Assembly: GCA_964409035.1 (NCBI GenBank)
Contig: CAYPBQ010000001.1
Location: 28,024 to 92,023 of the forward strand
Length of the DNA: 64,000 nucleotides
Reading direction: 5' to 3'
DNA from: an uncultured Candidatus Saccharibacteria bacterium
Lineage (GTDB): Bacteria > Patescibacteriota > Minisyncoccia > Phycocordibacterales > UBA12088
In this document: in pieces, positions 51,190 to 61,524 of the stretch
Numbering within the stretch: the first letter of the stretch is position 1
Layout: the number at the start of each line of letters is the position of its first letter
Made by a program: the position numbers and the translations under genes
The notes under the pieces: model-generated
Database searches by the model: none
The model's input: the letters and a program-made list of their open reading frames with translations, nothing else
What the model was told of the DNA's origin: nothing

Positions 51190-51837
51190 ATGCGACTCAT
51201 CAGCGCTTTGTTTGTAATTGTTGTTTCTCTGTTCTCTAGCAACACAGCCCTTGCTAGAGAATGTGTCTACGAAAAAGAAGTACCGTCTACACTATATATT
51301 GAAGCAACAGAAATCTTGTATCCTAAGCTCGCGGATGATAACCAAGCAGTTATTGCTGGAATACTTCAAACAGCAGATGAATATTCTCATCTAGCAAAGG
51401 ATTCTACGAGATCACAAGAGGCTCGTGAATTCTCAGAACGCGCGGAACAAGCGTTGCTAAAAATGGTTACAATTCTTGTAAGATCATATGCAGCAATTCC
51501 AGAAATGGAACTTACTGCAGAAAAAATGAAGTTCGAAAAAGAGAATGGCCTCAAAAGTGTATCAGAAGACTTGGAACCACAGGTACGTGCAGTGGCGCGT
51601 ACACTGGTAAGTATTGGCTTAGATGCTAGCAGATTGAGTCTTGAGTTTACAAAGTTGAGTGCGGACATTACAATTTGGAATCTCAAGAACGCAGGCGAAA
51701 TCGAAATGCAGAACGTGCTTTCGCAACTTGATCGCACACTTTGCACATTTGAGTCTACAAATAACATTTTGCAGACAGTGGTGAGTTATGTATCAAACGC
51801 ACTGATGCTTGCCGCGGTCAAGCATCTCAACTACTAG
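51190..51837 (+). CDS. Secreted helical hypothetical protein (orphan)
   Basis: SD GGAGG, signal peptide ..ALA, promoter TTGACG..TATTAT. Confidence 0.65.
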   Translation: MRLISALFVIVVSLFSSNTALARECVYEKEVPSTLYIEATEILYPKLADDNQAVIAGILQTADEYSHLAKDSTRSQEAREFSERAEQALLKMVTILVRSYAAIPEMELTAEKMKFEKENGLKSVSEDLEPQVRAVARTLVSIGLDASRLSLEFTKLSADITIWNLKNAGEIEMQNVLSQLDRTLCTFESTNNILQTVVSYVSNALMLAAVKHLNY

Positions 51838-51856
51838 TACCAGAGGTGCCCCAGAG

Positions 51857-51894
51857 GCACACCCCCCAGCTCCGGCTGGGGGGTGCTTTCTTTC
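51857..51894 (+). terminator. Intrinsic terminator
   Basis: CCCCCAGC-TCCG-GCTGGGGG stem followed by T-rich run. Confidence 0.7.
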
Positions 51895-51924
51895 TAAGCT
51901 AGACACTTAAGTTACCATTATTAC

Positions 51925-53490
51925 TCAGCACTCAATACAAACATTATTTTTTGTATCTGTACCTTTCTCGCTCTCCTGTAGTATCTGCTCTATAGGTAGT
52001 GGTTTGTCTTGGGTATATGGCAGGTCATGCATGATTGCTATCTCTGCCTTTTGAAGCTCGGCACCAATATCAAGAAGGTGTTCAGGAAGTATAATAAGTT
52101 CTAACTGCGCAATTTTTTTAGCTACCTCACTAGCTGTTTTACCCGACACCGTGAGCAATTCATCACCACTTGGAGTTTTAAAATATGCAGTAATTTTTTT
52201 ATCTTTTGTACTAATGACAAACATGCCTCGCTTATCAGCACTAATTACTGGGTCAAATACAGCATGTGGCTCTCTTTCCCATATTGCGCACTCAACAAGT
52301 TTTTTAGCATCATCCCACTCCCCTTCATAAATATGCGCAGATTGCGAGGTAATTTGAAGACTCCCCATTGGCACGCCCACTTCTGTGGCTATTTTTTTGT
52401 GAAGCGCCCGCAGTCCAAAAGCATTAGGTAATGCGGCCTTAAAAATATCGTGACTCCGTGCGGTAACCAGCATGTGTAATTTTTTATTACTATAGAGTAG
52501 TTGAATGTGTGTGATGCATGGCGGCTCTTTTGAATCCTTATCTATTGCAGGAACTAGCGTAGTTGCGATAGCGCGCCTAGTATCAAGAGAGTCGTTTAGA
52601 GACTTTATAATGATTTCTTTTATTTGGTCGACATCGCCTTGCGTTGTGGGATACCGCATTAACCTATTTCCATACGTGTATGTCACCCCTTGAGGCATAT
52701 CAGCAGAAAGAAACACTGATTTATAGTGATTGATAGCATTCATACTTAGCCCAATAGTTTGCCGTACGCTGCTTGGTAAATCACTTTCAATCATTGGGTT
52801 ATCTGGATCCTCATCATCAACCACCCATGTCACTCCTATAAGCTCTCTTTGTTTGGTGCCATACTGTGTGCCCTTTATCGTTCCATACCTCATAATCCTA
52901 TCCACTACCCGTGTCCATGTAGAAAGCACCCCATTACCGCGCACCACAAAGCCAATATGCTCTGATGGAAATACATCTATCACCTCTGGTACCGCTTCAG
53001 CAAAGCGTACTGGCTCCATATATGGCAAAGCAGGAGTATCAGTGAGCTCACTAACAAAAATAGAGAGGTCTTCATCTGTGGTCTCTATGAGATTTACATG
53101 TGCGATTATTTTTTTAACCACCTCGATGTCAATTTCTTTCTCAATCTTAAAATCGGTACCTACTACCACCCGATCTTCAGTAACGCCATCATGCCACAGC
53201 GCAAGCAATATCTCTCTCCCAGATACACCAAAAGGACTACACGAAAGGGCGCCATGATTCCACAAGTATAGGGTGGTAATCTGCGGATTAAGTGCAAGAT
53301 TTCGCAATAGTATATTTACTCCTTGCCTGCTATATAGGGTACCTATAAGAGCAGCTTTTTTTAGCAAATCAGGGTGGGCATTAATTAGCTTTTCTGGCTC
53401 ATTCCATAATGTGCAAAAGCCAATACTTACGCCTTCACCAAGCCACACCTTGTACTTATCTGGTAGGTAGAGTTTATCGTGAGATATCAC
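51925..53490 (-). CDS. Thymidylate synthase-family protein with MtrA-like N-terminal and DUF4346-like C-terminal domains
   Basis: YTYGNRL, TRRAI, PPCI, RSHD..PN, SAHIY; N-term CTLW..GTLYS..GVNILLRNLALNPQI; C-term HLLDIGAELQKAE..YTQD. Confidence 0.8.
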   Translation of the reverse strand: MISHDKLYLPDKYKVWLGEGVSIGFCTLWNEPEKLINAHPDLLKKAALIGTLYSRQGVNILLRNLALNPQITTLYLWNHGALSCSPFGVSGREILLALWHDGVTEDRVVVGTDFKIEKEIDIEVVKKIIAHVNLIETTDEDLSIFVSELTDTPALPYMEPVRFAEAVPEVIDVFPSEHIGFVVRGNGVLSTWTRVVDRIMRYGTIKGTQYGTKQRELIGVTWVVDDEDPDNPMIESDLPSSVRQTIGLSMNAINHYKSVFLSADMPQGVTYTYGNRLMRYPTTQGDVDQIKEIIIKSLNDSLDTRRAIATTLVPAIDKDSKEPPCITHIQLLYSNKKLHMLVTARSHDIFKAALPNAFGLRALHKKIATEVGVPMGSLQITSQSAHIYEGEWDDAKKLVECAIWEREPHAVFDPVISADKRGMFVISTKDKKITAYFKTPSGDELLTVSGKTASEVAKKIAQLELIILPEHLLDIGAELQKAEIAIMHDLPYTQDKPLPIEQILQESEKGTDTKNNVCIEC

Positions 53491-53510
53491 TCCATGATAG
53501 TATCATCATC

Positions 53511-54185
53511 ATGAGACAGGGTAAATTTATAGTTATTGAAGGCACTGATGGATCAGGAAAAGGAACCCAATTGCAACTTCTCGACACATACCTAAAGGCA
53601 CACAACAAAAGATTTCAAGTAGTGGATTTTCCTCAGTACGACAATTTCTCAAGTGCATTTGTTGCCAAATACTTGAGGGGTGAATACGGCTCTGCAAAAG
53701 AGGTGGGGCCATACCGCGCATCACTTATGTATGCAATTGATCGCTATGACAAATCCTTTGACATTAAAAAATGGTTAGACAATGGCACACTTGTTCTTAG
53801 TAACAGGTATGTATCTGCAAGCATGGGTCATCAAGCAGGAAAGATACAAAACAAGAAAAAGCGAGATGAATACCTCTCTTGGCTTGTCGATCTTGAGTAT
53901 CGAATCTTTGGTATACCAAAGCCAGATGCCACAATACTACTCTACATGCCACCAGAGATAGGTCAGCGCCTAGTAGACAACAAGAAGGCACGAAGCTACA
54001 CCAAAGGTAAGAAGCGGGACATACATGAAGCTGATCTTACCCACCTGCGTGAGGCATCAGAGGCATTTTTGTACGTTGCCAAAAAATATAAGTGGCATGT
54101 GGTTAACTGCACCAACAATGGAGAGTTACTTTCAAGAGAGGAAATCCACCACGCAATACTAGCCATTATAAAAAAGTATATATAG
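53511..54185 (+). CDS. tmk: Thymidylate kinase
   Basis: FIVIEGTDGSGKGTQ, YAIDR, NRYVSAS, PKPD. Confidence 0.92.
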   Translation: MRQGKFIVIEGTDGSGKGTQLQLLDTYLKAHNKRFQVVDFPQYDNFSSAFVAKYLRGEYGSAKEVGPYRASLMYAIDRYDKSFDIKKWLDNGTLVLSNRYVSASMGHQAGKIQNKKKRDEYLSWLVDLEYRIFGIPKPDATILLYMPPEIGQRLVDNKKARSYTKGKKRDIHEADLTHLREASEAFLYVAKKYKWHVVNCTNNGELLSREEIHHAILAIIKKYI

Positions 54186-54313
54186 CGCATATCGCGATAC
54201 ATCGCGATATGTATATTACGAGTGACGCAAATCTGCCTATATCAAATATAGCGATATATCGCGATAGTGTGAGGGCTTTTAATCATGCAAAAATTGCGCT
54301 ATATTGTTCCTAT

Positions 54314-54386
54314 CCGCTCGTAGCTCAGTTGGTAGAGCAACTCCCTCTTAAGGAGATGGTCGGAGGTTCGAATCCTCCCGAGCGGA
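54314..54386 (+). tRNA. tRNA-Lys(CTT)
   Basis: CTCC-CT CTT AA-GGAG; GGTTCGAATCC. Confidence 0.93.
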
Positions 54387-54397
54387 CACGTAAGAAC

Positions 54398-54425
54398 AAA
54401 AAAACTGCCAGTTGGCAGTTTTTTT
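54398..54425. terminator. Bidirectional terminator
   Basis: AAAAAACTGCC..GGCAGTTTTTT. Confidence 0.8.
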
Positions 54426-54443
54426 GTTCTATCACATATTATT

Positions 54444-54737
54444 TTATAGTGGTATTTCGCTTGGAAAATCAGACCCACTGTCTACCCTAAAGGTATCAAG
54501 TCCTACTCTGATAAGGGCAAATGATGACACCATCACAAAAAGCCCTACCAAACCCCACATCATATGTTGCTTTCCAGTCTCCCTCCCTGTTGAGCTATCT
54601 GCATTTCTGATGAACTCAATCCCACCCCATACAAATAGAAACAAGGCAATAACAGTAAGCGTTCCTATTATGGGGTTTATGATAAATCGATTGATATTAT
54701 CAATAAGCTGTATAAGTTCGAAAGGAAGTGGCTCCAT
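54444..54737 (-). CDS. VirB2/TrbC-type pilin
   Basis: FVWGGIEFI..GKQHMMWGLVGLFVMVS. Confidence 0.8.
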   Translation of the reverse strand: MEPLPFELIQLIDNINRFIINPIIGTLTVIALFLFVWGGIEFIRNADSSTGRETGKQHMMWGLVGLFVMVSSFALIRVGLDTFRVDSGSDFPSEIPL

Positions 54738-54760
54738 TTAACAAATAACCTTAAAAAAAA

Positions 54761-55135
54761 TTAAAATGTGAAGAGATTATTTCCCGTTACATATGGATTA
54801 GGCGCTCTGTCCTCAGCAGATACCCCAAACACATCTCTCAAAAACGCAACCAATCCCCAGATAGATGCAGCAACGAAGAGTGCAATAACGCCCCAGATCA
54901 TGAGGTTCTTTCCTTTCTCTTTATCCTCAGCATCACCAAGCATGTACTTTGCAAGACCCCAGAAGAAGAAGAGGAGAATTGCAGCAAAGGCAACGGGTAT
55001 AAGTACACCAACAACATTACCGATCTCCTGGACGAAGGCGACAATATTATCTGTTTGTGGCTGTGCAAACGCGACAAAAGGTACTAGTAAAAAAATTCCA
55101 AGTAATGAGGCGTTGATTTTAGTAATTTTTTTCAT
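54761..55135 (-). CDS. VirB2/TrbC-type pilin
   Basis: Signal ..AFAQ; FFWGLAKYM..GKNLMIWGVIALFV. Confidence 0.85.
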   Translation of the reverse strand: MKKITKINASLLGIFLLVPFVAFAQPQTDNIVAFVQEIGNVVGVLIPVAFAAILLFFFWGLAKYMLGDAEDKEKGKNLMIWGVIALFVAASIWGLVAFLRDVFGVSAEDRAPNPYVTGNNLFTF

Positions 55136-55170
55136 TGAATGTTATTATTTCCTATAATTTAGTTGCAATT

Positions 55171-55545
55171 TTATTGAATACCTCTTTGCGGCACAGCCAC
55201 AGGGTTGTTAGTTTGATCAAGGTCATTAACCCCAAACACATCTCTCAAAAACGCAACCAATCCCCAGATAGATGCAGCAACGAAGAGTGCAATAACGCCC
55301 CAGATCATGAGGTTCTTTCCTTTCTCTTTATCCTCAGCATCACCAAGCATGTACTTTGCAAGACCCCAGAAGAAGAAGAGGAGAATTGCAGCAAAGGCAA
55401 CAGGTATAAGAATACTTATTACATTTGAAATACCTGTGACAAGATTATCTATATTAGTGAAAGTCACACCGGTACCCTGCCCTAGAGTGGTCTGTGGTAA
55501 TAAAAATAAACTTCCGATTAAGAGTGTTATTTTGCTTTTTATCAT
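55171..55545 (-). CDS. VirB2/TrbC-type pilin
   Basis: Core identical to neighbour. Confidence 0.85.
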   Translation of the reverse strand: MIKSKITLLIGSLFLLPQTTLGQGTGVTFTNIDNLVTGISNVISILIPVAFAAILLFFFWGLAKYMLGDAEDKEKGKNLMIWGVIALFVAASIWGLVAFLRDVFGVNDLDQTNNPVAVPQRGIQ

Positions 55546-55576
55546 AAAATGAGGTTATTTAGATAATTATCATCGA

Positions 55577-55948
55577 CTAAAGCGAAAGTACTTCTGGAGT
55601 AACTGTCGGTGAATTTTCGTCAGTTTCAGGATCGACACCAAATACTTCTCCCAAAAACGCAACCAAGCCCCAGATAGATGCTGCAACGAAGAGTGCGATT
55701 ACACCCCAGATCATGAGGTTCTTGCCCTTTTCCTTATCCTCAGCATCGCCAAACATGTACTTTGCAAGACCCCAGAAGAAAAAGAGAAGAATAAGAGCAA
55801 AGGCAATTGGTATCAAAATCCCAACAATCTCACTTACTGCAGATGCAATATCTACTAGACCATTTAAATCTTGCGCTCCCGCTACCAGTGGGAACATTAA
55901 AACAAGAGTTGCTACAGACCCAACAAATCTACTTTTTTTCTTTGTCAT
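55577..55948 (-). CDS. VirB2/TrbC-type pilin
   Basis: Signal ..AGAQ; near-identical core. Confidence 0.85.
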   Translation of the reverse strand: MTKKKSRFVGSVATLVLMFPLVAGAQDLNGLVDIASAVSEIVGILIPIAFALILLFFFWGLAKYMFGDAEDKEKGKNLMIWGVIALFVAASIWGLVAFLGEVFGVDPETDENSPTVTPEVLSL

Positions 55949-56066
55949 ATAAAAGCTTGTAATGTTAATGCGCCGAAGCGCTACAGTAATATCTTTATCC
56001 ACATGATACCTTTACCTAGGGCATATGCAATAAATATGTGTGGATAACAATATTTGATTTACCAAG

Positions 56067-56441
56067 TTATATAGAGCTTCCAAAGCTCGGTATGGTAGAT
56101 CGCTCAAGGTTCCATCTATCATAATTTCCATCAACACCTATCACCTCTCTTAGGTATGCCGAGATGCCCCACACCGATGAGGCAACAAATAACGCTATTG
56201 TTCCCCACATTAATAACTCCTTTCCTTCTGTTTTTCCTTCCTCGCCAACAGAAAGAACAAATTTAGCGATACCCCACAGAAACACAAGCAGAATAATCGC
56301 AAACGCAACAGGAATCATGACCGCGATTACTCTTGAAAAGGCAATAAGTATAGATTGCACTGTTTGTGCATGGGTAACCAACGGCACCATGGGTAATAGT
56401 AATGTGCTATAGCCCAGCAATGATGAGAAAATTCTTTTCAT
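56067..56441 (-). CDS. VirB2/TrbC-type pilin
   Basis: Signal ..THAQ; FLWGIAKFV..GKELLMWGTIALFV. Confidence 0.82.
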   Translation of the reverse strand: MKRIFSSLLGYSTLLLPMVPLVTHAQTVQSILIAFSRVIAVMIPVAFAIILLVFLWGIAKFVLSVGEEGKTEGKELLMWGTIALFVASSVWGISAYLREVIGVDGNYDRWNLERSTIPSFGSSI

Positions 56442-56443
56442 AA

Positions 56444-56698
56444 TTACCCAAAAAAAGTTTGTCGTAAGATTCGAACCAGCCCCCACACCGTGCCGAGGAT
56501 AAACATAATGATCACCCCCCAAAAGATGCGGTACTTCCCTTCTGAGCGCGCCTTACTATCACCCGCAGAAAATATAAACACCGCCACTCCCCAAAAAAAG
56601 AGTAGTAGTGCCGCGCTAAACGCAAGGGTAATACCAAGCCCCGCAATATCGGAAATGATACACAGTATTTCTCGTAGATCTCCTCCTGAACATCCCAT
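56444..56698 (-). CDS. VirB2/TrbC-type pilin
   Basis: FFWGVAVFI..GKYRIFWGVIIMFI. Confidence 0.8.
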   Translation of the reverse strand: MGCSGGDLREILCIISDIAGLGITLAFSAALLLFFWGVAVFIFSAGDSKARSEGKYRIFWGVIIMFILGTVWGLVRILRQTFFG

Positions 56699-56717
56699 AA
56701 TATATTGATTACACGCC

Positions 56718-57098
56718 CTATATCGTACCGGGCGCTATGTTGTTAACGGTCGCTCGTATAGCGGTAGATAATGCATATGAACCGAGGATAAGTAGCGCAC
56801 CAATAATGGTATAGATAAGATACTCCTTTGCCTGAGAAATTTTAGCAGGGTTGCCTTGTGCGGTAAGAAACAGAAAGCCGGTGTAGACAATAAAGAGCAC
56901 CGTAATAGGAAACATAATTGCCATAAAGGCAGAAAGTACAACCCTAAGAAGCCCTGTCATGTCAGTTATCCCTCTTTCCTCTAAGGGATTTCTGAGCCCT
57001 GGCCCAGCAAGAGCGGGATCAACAGCAGAAAAAAGTAGCGCGAGGAAAAACACAAACACCAGTACTGAGGAAAGAATATACTGTCGTTGTGTGTTCAT
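56718..57098 (-). CDS. VirB2/TrbC-type pilin
   Basis: LRNPL..YTGFLFLTAQGNPAKISQAK..TIIG. Confidence 0.85.
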   Translation of the reverse strand: MNTQRQYILSSVLVFVFFLALLFSAVDPALAGPGLRNPLEERGITDMTGLLRVVLSAFMAIMFPITVLFIVYTGFLFLTAQGNPAKISQAKEYLIYTIIGALLILGSYALSTAIRATVNNIAPGTI

Positions 57099-57119
57099 AT
57101 ATATATTTATAGTACGCCA

Positions 57120-58430
57120 CTAGAAGGTTTTCTTCAATGACCCTTCTGCAAGCCCCATTGCACTACTTATATCTTTTCTTCCGCTTGATATGTCGTCAAT
57201 CATGGTGCTGAGTATTCTATCAGTGGTACGTGGGTCAGAATCAAGCCATGTAAAGGTATTAAGCGCGAGATTGTACGCAACCGCACCAAATGGATCAGTT
57301 GGCGGTGAGGCGAGCAATGTGCGGTGAAGTGGCGGCAACCCCGATGATGCAGACCAACTCTTGAGTGCAATCGCATCAGTAAGCCCACGAGCAGCAGCGT
57401 ATGCTCTTGTGGCATTTGGTGATGATTTTGGTATTGCAAAGCCCGTAATGGTGCCATAAGTAACACTGCGAGTTGCTCCACGTATGCGTGGCATAGGGCC
57501 GATATCAAAGTTAAGATTAGGATTTGCTTCGCGCAGTGCTTTGTACTCACTTGCAAATCCAAAATATACCCCAAGGTCACCCGCCAAAAATGCTTGCCTC
57601 GATTCAGGAAGCGCTCTATTCCACGTGTACACACTTCGGACTGGATCAGAAAATTCTGTATAAAAACGTACCGCAGCAGGACCTCCGCTAAGCGCTACAT
57701 CTCCCGCAGAAGAACTGGGCTGCGAAAGATTTACCTCAACAGAGCCATCGGGTAACCAACTAACCACTGGTATCTTTAGTTGAAGTAGTAGTGTTGATAG
57801 TACTGCCTTTGCATTGGTCACATTATCATACCCCCCCAGTGAGGTAGCAGCTTGGAGTACATTTTGATTATTATCAACAATCGTGAGCTTCTCTACCAAT
57901 CCCACAAACTCATCCCAATACTGTGGTGGGTTAGCTAGTCCGTTTGCAAAAAATAAATCCCTATTCCAGTACATAACAAGAGGATCAACAGAAAAAGGTA
58001 TTGCGAGTGTCCCCTCAGGGCGCAAGAATACTTCTGCCCCTTCTATGTACTCTGTTCTAAATGTTCGCTCTGGTAATGTCTCATAAGAGACAGGGCGAAT
58101 TTTATCTGCCTGTTTGAGGAGTGCTCCCTGGTCAATAAGAAATAGATCGGGTCCGCGCCCTGCCGCTATCGCATCTACCACTTCGGCATAATACACATCA
58201 CTTTCAATTTGCTTGTACGTTACACCCTTTAGATACTCTCTATCAGAGCTGAGGCTGCTGAGGTAATCCCCCATCTCAGCCTCAGAAAGTGTCCCCCATA
58301 TTGCAATATCACCGACCGCCTCTGTTTCCGCCCCTCTAAAAAGAGCAATTGCAGCAGTACCCGCAACGATAAGTATCCCAAAGATAATGAGAACGACGAT
58401 ACGAAATACTTTTGGTTGATCTTCAAACAT
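57120..58430 (-). CDS. Membrane-anchored extracellular solute-binding protein (sugar-binding family)
   Basis: IAIWG, AAGRGPDLF, IPFSVDPLVMYWNRDLF, PQYWDEF. Confidence 0.85.
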   Translation of the reverse strand: MFEDQPKVFRIVVLIIFGILIVAGTAAIALFRGAETEAVGDIAIWGTLSEAEMGDYLSSLSSDREYLKGVTYKQIESDVYYAEVVDAIAAGRGPDLFLIDQGALLKQADKIRPVSYETLPERTFRTEYIEGAEVFLRPEGTLAIPFSVDPLVMYWNRDLFFANGLANPPQYWDEFVGLVEKLTIVDNNQNVLQAATSLGGYDNVTNAKAVLSTLLLQLKIPVVSWLPDGSVEVNLSQPSSSAGDVALSGGPAAVRFYTEFSDPVRSVYTWNRALPESRQAFLAGDLGVYFGFASEYKALREANPNLNFDIGPMPRIRGATRSVTYGTITGFAIPKSSPNATRAYAAARGLTDAIALKSWSASSGLPPLHRTLLASPPTDPFGAVAYNLALNTFTWLDSDPRTTDRILSTMIDDISSGRKDISSAMGLAEGSLKKTF

Positions 58431-58431
58431 A

Positions 58432-58959
58432 TTACTTTTTGAACAATAATCCAAAGTGATGCGCTCCAGGATCTATCTCTTCAAGCAGCGTGCATCCTAG
58501 GCCCTCAGCTATCTTTTTTATTTCTCCACCCTTCACAATATGCTCTGGCTGTGGACCAAGCCCCTTATATGACTCCTTCCAGTCTATAATAAGTAACTTG
58601 CCGCCATTTTTGAGAACACGAATACCTTCCTGCACCAACACCTGCTTATGCTCTATTTGAAATAGCGTATTTGAAATTATTACCGCATCTGCGCAATTAT
58701 CAGGAAGCCCCGATCCATGCTCATGCTCAAGATCACCAACCATCGTCTCAACATTAGCCAGTCTGCGCAGTCGTGCCTCTTTTGCTACATGACGCACTAA
58801 TTCATTTTGAATATCTACCGCGTACACTATCCCCGCCTCGCCCACTGCTCGCGCAGCTTCAAATACATAATGCCCAGAGCCAGCACCAAGGTCTACCACC
58901 CTCTGGCCGTACGCGAGTTTAAGTATGCCGATTGCCTCTTTTGGATTGAGAAACCGCAT
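58432..58959 (-). CDS. Class I SAM-dependent methyltransferase
   Basis: VVDLGAGSGH, YAVDIQ, RVLKNGG. Confidence 0.9.
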   Translation of the reverse strand: MRFLNPKEAIGILKLAYGQRVVDLGAGSGHYVFEAARAVGEAGIVYAVDIQNELVRHVAKEARLRRLANVETMVGDLEHEHGSGLPDNCADAVIISNTLFQIEHKQVLVQEGIRVLKNGGKLLIIDWKESYKGLGPQPEHIVKGGEIKKIAEGLGCTLLEEIDPGAHHFGLLFKK

Positions 58960-59023
58960 GTGTACAAGGAGTATAGCGCACTTTTATATATCGCGCGCAA
59001 TTTTATCAACAGAGTTGTAGATG

Positions 59024-61504
59024 TTACAGACAAATAAGCGAAGCAATAGCATCTCCTGGGCGCATCTTCATAATACGCACACCTTGTGTAGCACGTGACA
59101 GTGATGGAATCTCAGCAAGTCCAGTTCTGATAACCTGCCCCTTTTGTGACATTACCACTAGCTCACTTAACTCTTCATCAACTACACGCAGCGCCATTAT
59201 CTTTCCTGTCTTTGCAGTTACCGACGCAGCCTTTACACCTGATCCTCCACGTTTTTGTATTTTATATTCATCAATAGGTGTTTTTTTGCCGTACCCATTT
59301 TCAGACAACACCAAAAGCTCGGCTTTAACCGCATCCTTAGCTACTACTTCAGAGCCGATTATCTTGTCGCCTTTTTTGATGGTCATACCCTTTACGCCAG
59401 CTGCAGCTCGTCCCATTTCGCGTATATCATTTGCGCCAAATCGGATTGATTGACCATTTGATGTCACAAGCACGATAGAATCTTGCTTAGTTACAAACGC
59501 CGCACGCACAAGCTCATCACCTGCACCAAGCTTGATTGCGTTAAGCCCGCTTCGTCTAACTTCATAAAAATCTTTTGCGGGTGTGCGTTTAGCCACACCA
59601 TCTTTTGTTATCATAAAGAGTGATAGTGCTTCCGCTTGCTTTATCTCCTTTGGCATTGCCAAAATACTGGTGATGTTCTCCCCCTCACCAAGAGGAAGGA
59701 AATTAACAAGTGCCTTGCCCTTGGTTGAGCGTTTACCCTCAGGTATGTCATACATCTTTGTTTGGTATGCCTTACCTTTATTAGAGAAGAACAGCACATC
59801 ACTATGCGTTGACGCGGTAAGAAGTGTAGTGACAAAATCTTCCTCCTTTGTACCCATATCAATCACTCCCACGCCTCCACGCTTTTGCGCCTTATACTCT
59901 GCAGGATTGGTTCTCTTTATATAACCACCTTCAGTAAGCACCAATACATTTTCTTCATCTGCAACCAAATCCTCTGCAGACATTATTTTTACCCCTGACT
60001 TTACTATGCGAGTCTTTCGCTCATCACCATACTTCTCTCTATGAGCGCCAAGCTCGTGCTTTACCACAGCCAATATTTTAGCTGCGCTTGAAAGGATATC
60101 TTTGAGCTTCTTTATAAGAGCCTGTACTTCTTTGAGTTCATCCTCAATCTTCTTTCGCTCAAGTCCCGCAAGCTTTTGAAGACGCATTTCCAAAATGGCA
60201 TTTGCTTGTCGCTCAGAGAAACTAAACTTCTTCATGAGGTTTACCCGAGCATCATCAACATCCTTTGACTGTTTGATGAGTTTGATTATTTCATCAATGT
60301 GATCAAGCGCCTTTGAAAGACCAAGGAGAATGTGTTCTCGTTCTTCTGCAATACGCAAATCATATTCCGTGCGTCTTCGTACCACCTCTTTTCGGTGAGC
60401 AATAAACTCAACAAGCACCCCTTTAAGAGATAGCGTCTGAGGCACTCCATCAACAAGCGCCACCATGTTGAGGTGAAAGGTATCCTCTAGTTGTGTGTGT
60501 TTGTATATCGCGTTCAACACTTTTTGCGGTTGCGCGGTTGATTTAAGCTCGATAACAATACGCACATCTTTTGTTGATTCGTCTCTTAGGTCACGAATAC
60601 CTTCAATTTTTTTGTCTCGTACTAAGTCGGCAATCTTTTCAAGCAGGTCAGATTTATTTACTCGATACGGTATTGACGTGATGATAATTGCAAATTGCCC
60701 CTTCTTGTCTTCTATAATTTCTGCTTCACCCCTACAAACAATACCGCCACGTCCAGAGGCATATGCCTGCTTCATTTCCTTTTGGTTATAGGCAACAGCG
60801 CCAGTTGGAAAATCAGGTCCTTGTATATAAGTAAATATGTCATCTATGGTTGCATCAGGATTATCAATTAGATGTACTGTGGCATCGATAACCTCCTTCA
60901 TGTTGTGTGGAGGGATGTTGGTTGCCATACCTACGGCAATACCAAGCGTGCCGTTTAACAGTAGGTTTGGCACTGCTGCCGGAAATACTATTGGCTCCTT
61001 TCTGGTGCCGTCATAGTTTGGTCGCCACCCTACAGTGTCTTTTTCTAGGTCTTGTATAAGCTCTGAAGAAAGTCGAGATAATTTCGCCTCTGTATATCGC
61101 ATAGCAGCCGCAGGGTCACCGTCAAGTGATCCAAAGTTTCCTTGTCCTAGCACAAGTGGATACCGTGTTTTGAAATCTTGTCCAAGCTGTACCATCGCAT
61201 CATAAATGGCGCTATCTCCGTGCGGGTGGTACTTTCCCATCACATCTCCAACTACCGCTGCAGACTTTCTAAATTTAGCTCCCGCTGAAAGTCCCATTTG
61301 CTGCATAGTATACAAAATACGTCTATGCACTGGCTTTAGTCCGTCTCGCACGTCAGGGAGTGCTCTTGAGGTAATTACGCTCATTGCGTAGTTAAGGTAT
61401 GACTCCTTCATCTCATCAGCAATAGAACGAGCTACCACATTTACATGTGGAATTTTTTCTGAATTATCTTCTATTGGAGTGCTGTCGTTCTTTTTCTTGG
61501 GCAT
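59024..61504 (-). CDS. gyrA: DNA gyrase subunit A
   Basis: [30 protein letters not shown], GyrA-box QKRGGVG. Confidence 0.97.
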   Translation of the reverse strand: MPKKKNDSTPIEDNSEKIPHVNVVARSIADEMKESYLNYAMSVITSRALPDVRDGLKPVHRRILYTMQQMGLSAGAKFRKSAAVVGDVMGKYHPHGDSAIYDAMVQLGQDFKTRYPLVLGQGNFGSLDGDPAAAMRYTEAKLSRLSSELIQDLEKDTVGWRPNYDGTRKEPIVFPAAVPNLLLNGTLGIAVGMATNIPPHNMKEVIDATVHLIDNPDATIDDIFTYIQGPDFPTGAVAYNQKEMKQAYASGRGGIVCRGEAEIIEDKKGQFAIIITSIPYRVNKSDLLEKIADLVRDKKIEGIRDLRDESTKDVRIVIELKSTAQPQKVLNAIYKHTQLEDTFHLNMVALVDGVPQTLSLKGVLVEFIAHRKEVVRRRTEYDLRIAEEREHILLGLSKALDHIDEIIKLIKQSKDVDDARVNLMKKFSFSERQANAILEMRLQKLAGLERKKIEDELKEVQALIKKLKDILSSAAKILAVVKHELGAHREKYGDERKTRIVKSGVKIMSAEDLVADEENVLVLTEGGYIKRTNPAEYKAQKRGGVGVIDMGTKEEDFVTTLLTASTHSDVLFFSNKGKAYQTKMYDIPEGKRSTKGKALVNFLPLGEGENITSILAMPKEIKQAEALSLFMITKDGVAKRTPAKDFYEVRRSGLNAIKLGAGDELVRAAFVTKQDSIVLVTSNGQSIRFGANDIREMGRAAAGVKGMTIKKGDKIIGSEVVAKDAVKAELLVLSENGYGKKTPIDEYKIQKRGGSGVKAASVTAKTGKIMALRVVDEELSELVVMSQKGQVIRTGLAEIPSLSRATQGVRIMKMRPGDAIASLICL

Positions 61505-61524
61505 ATGGTGACCTCAGTATATTT

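Noticed and set aside
54200-54226. dif site (TGTATA-TTA core)
   Set aside because: Right arm does not match the XerD consensus TTATGTTAAAT; left arm weak
56039-56047. DnaA box TGTGGATAA; near-matches around 2152, 5221, 30501 and 59003 suggesting oriC
   Set aside because: Boxes are single and scattered; no cluster, DUE or dnaA gene
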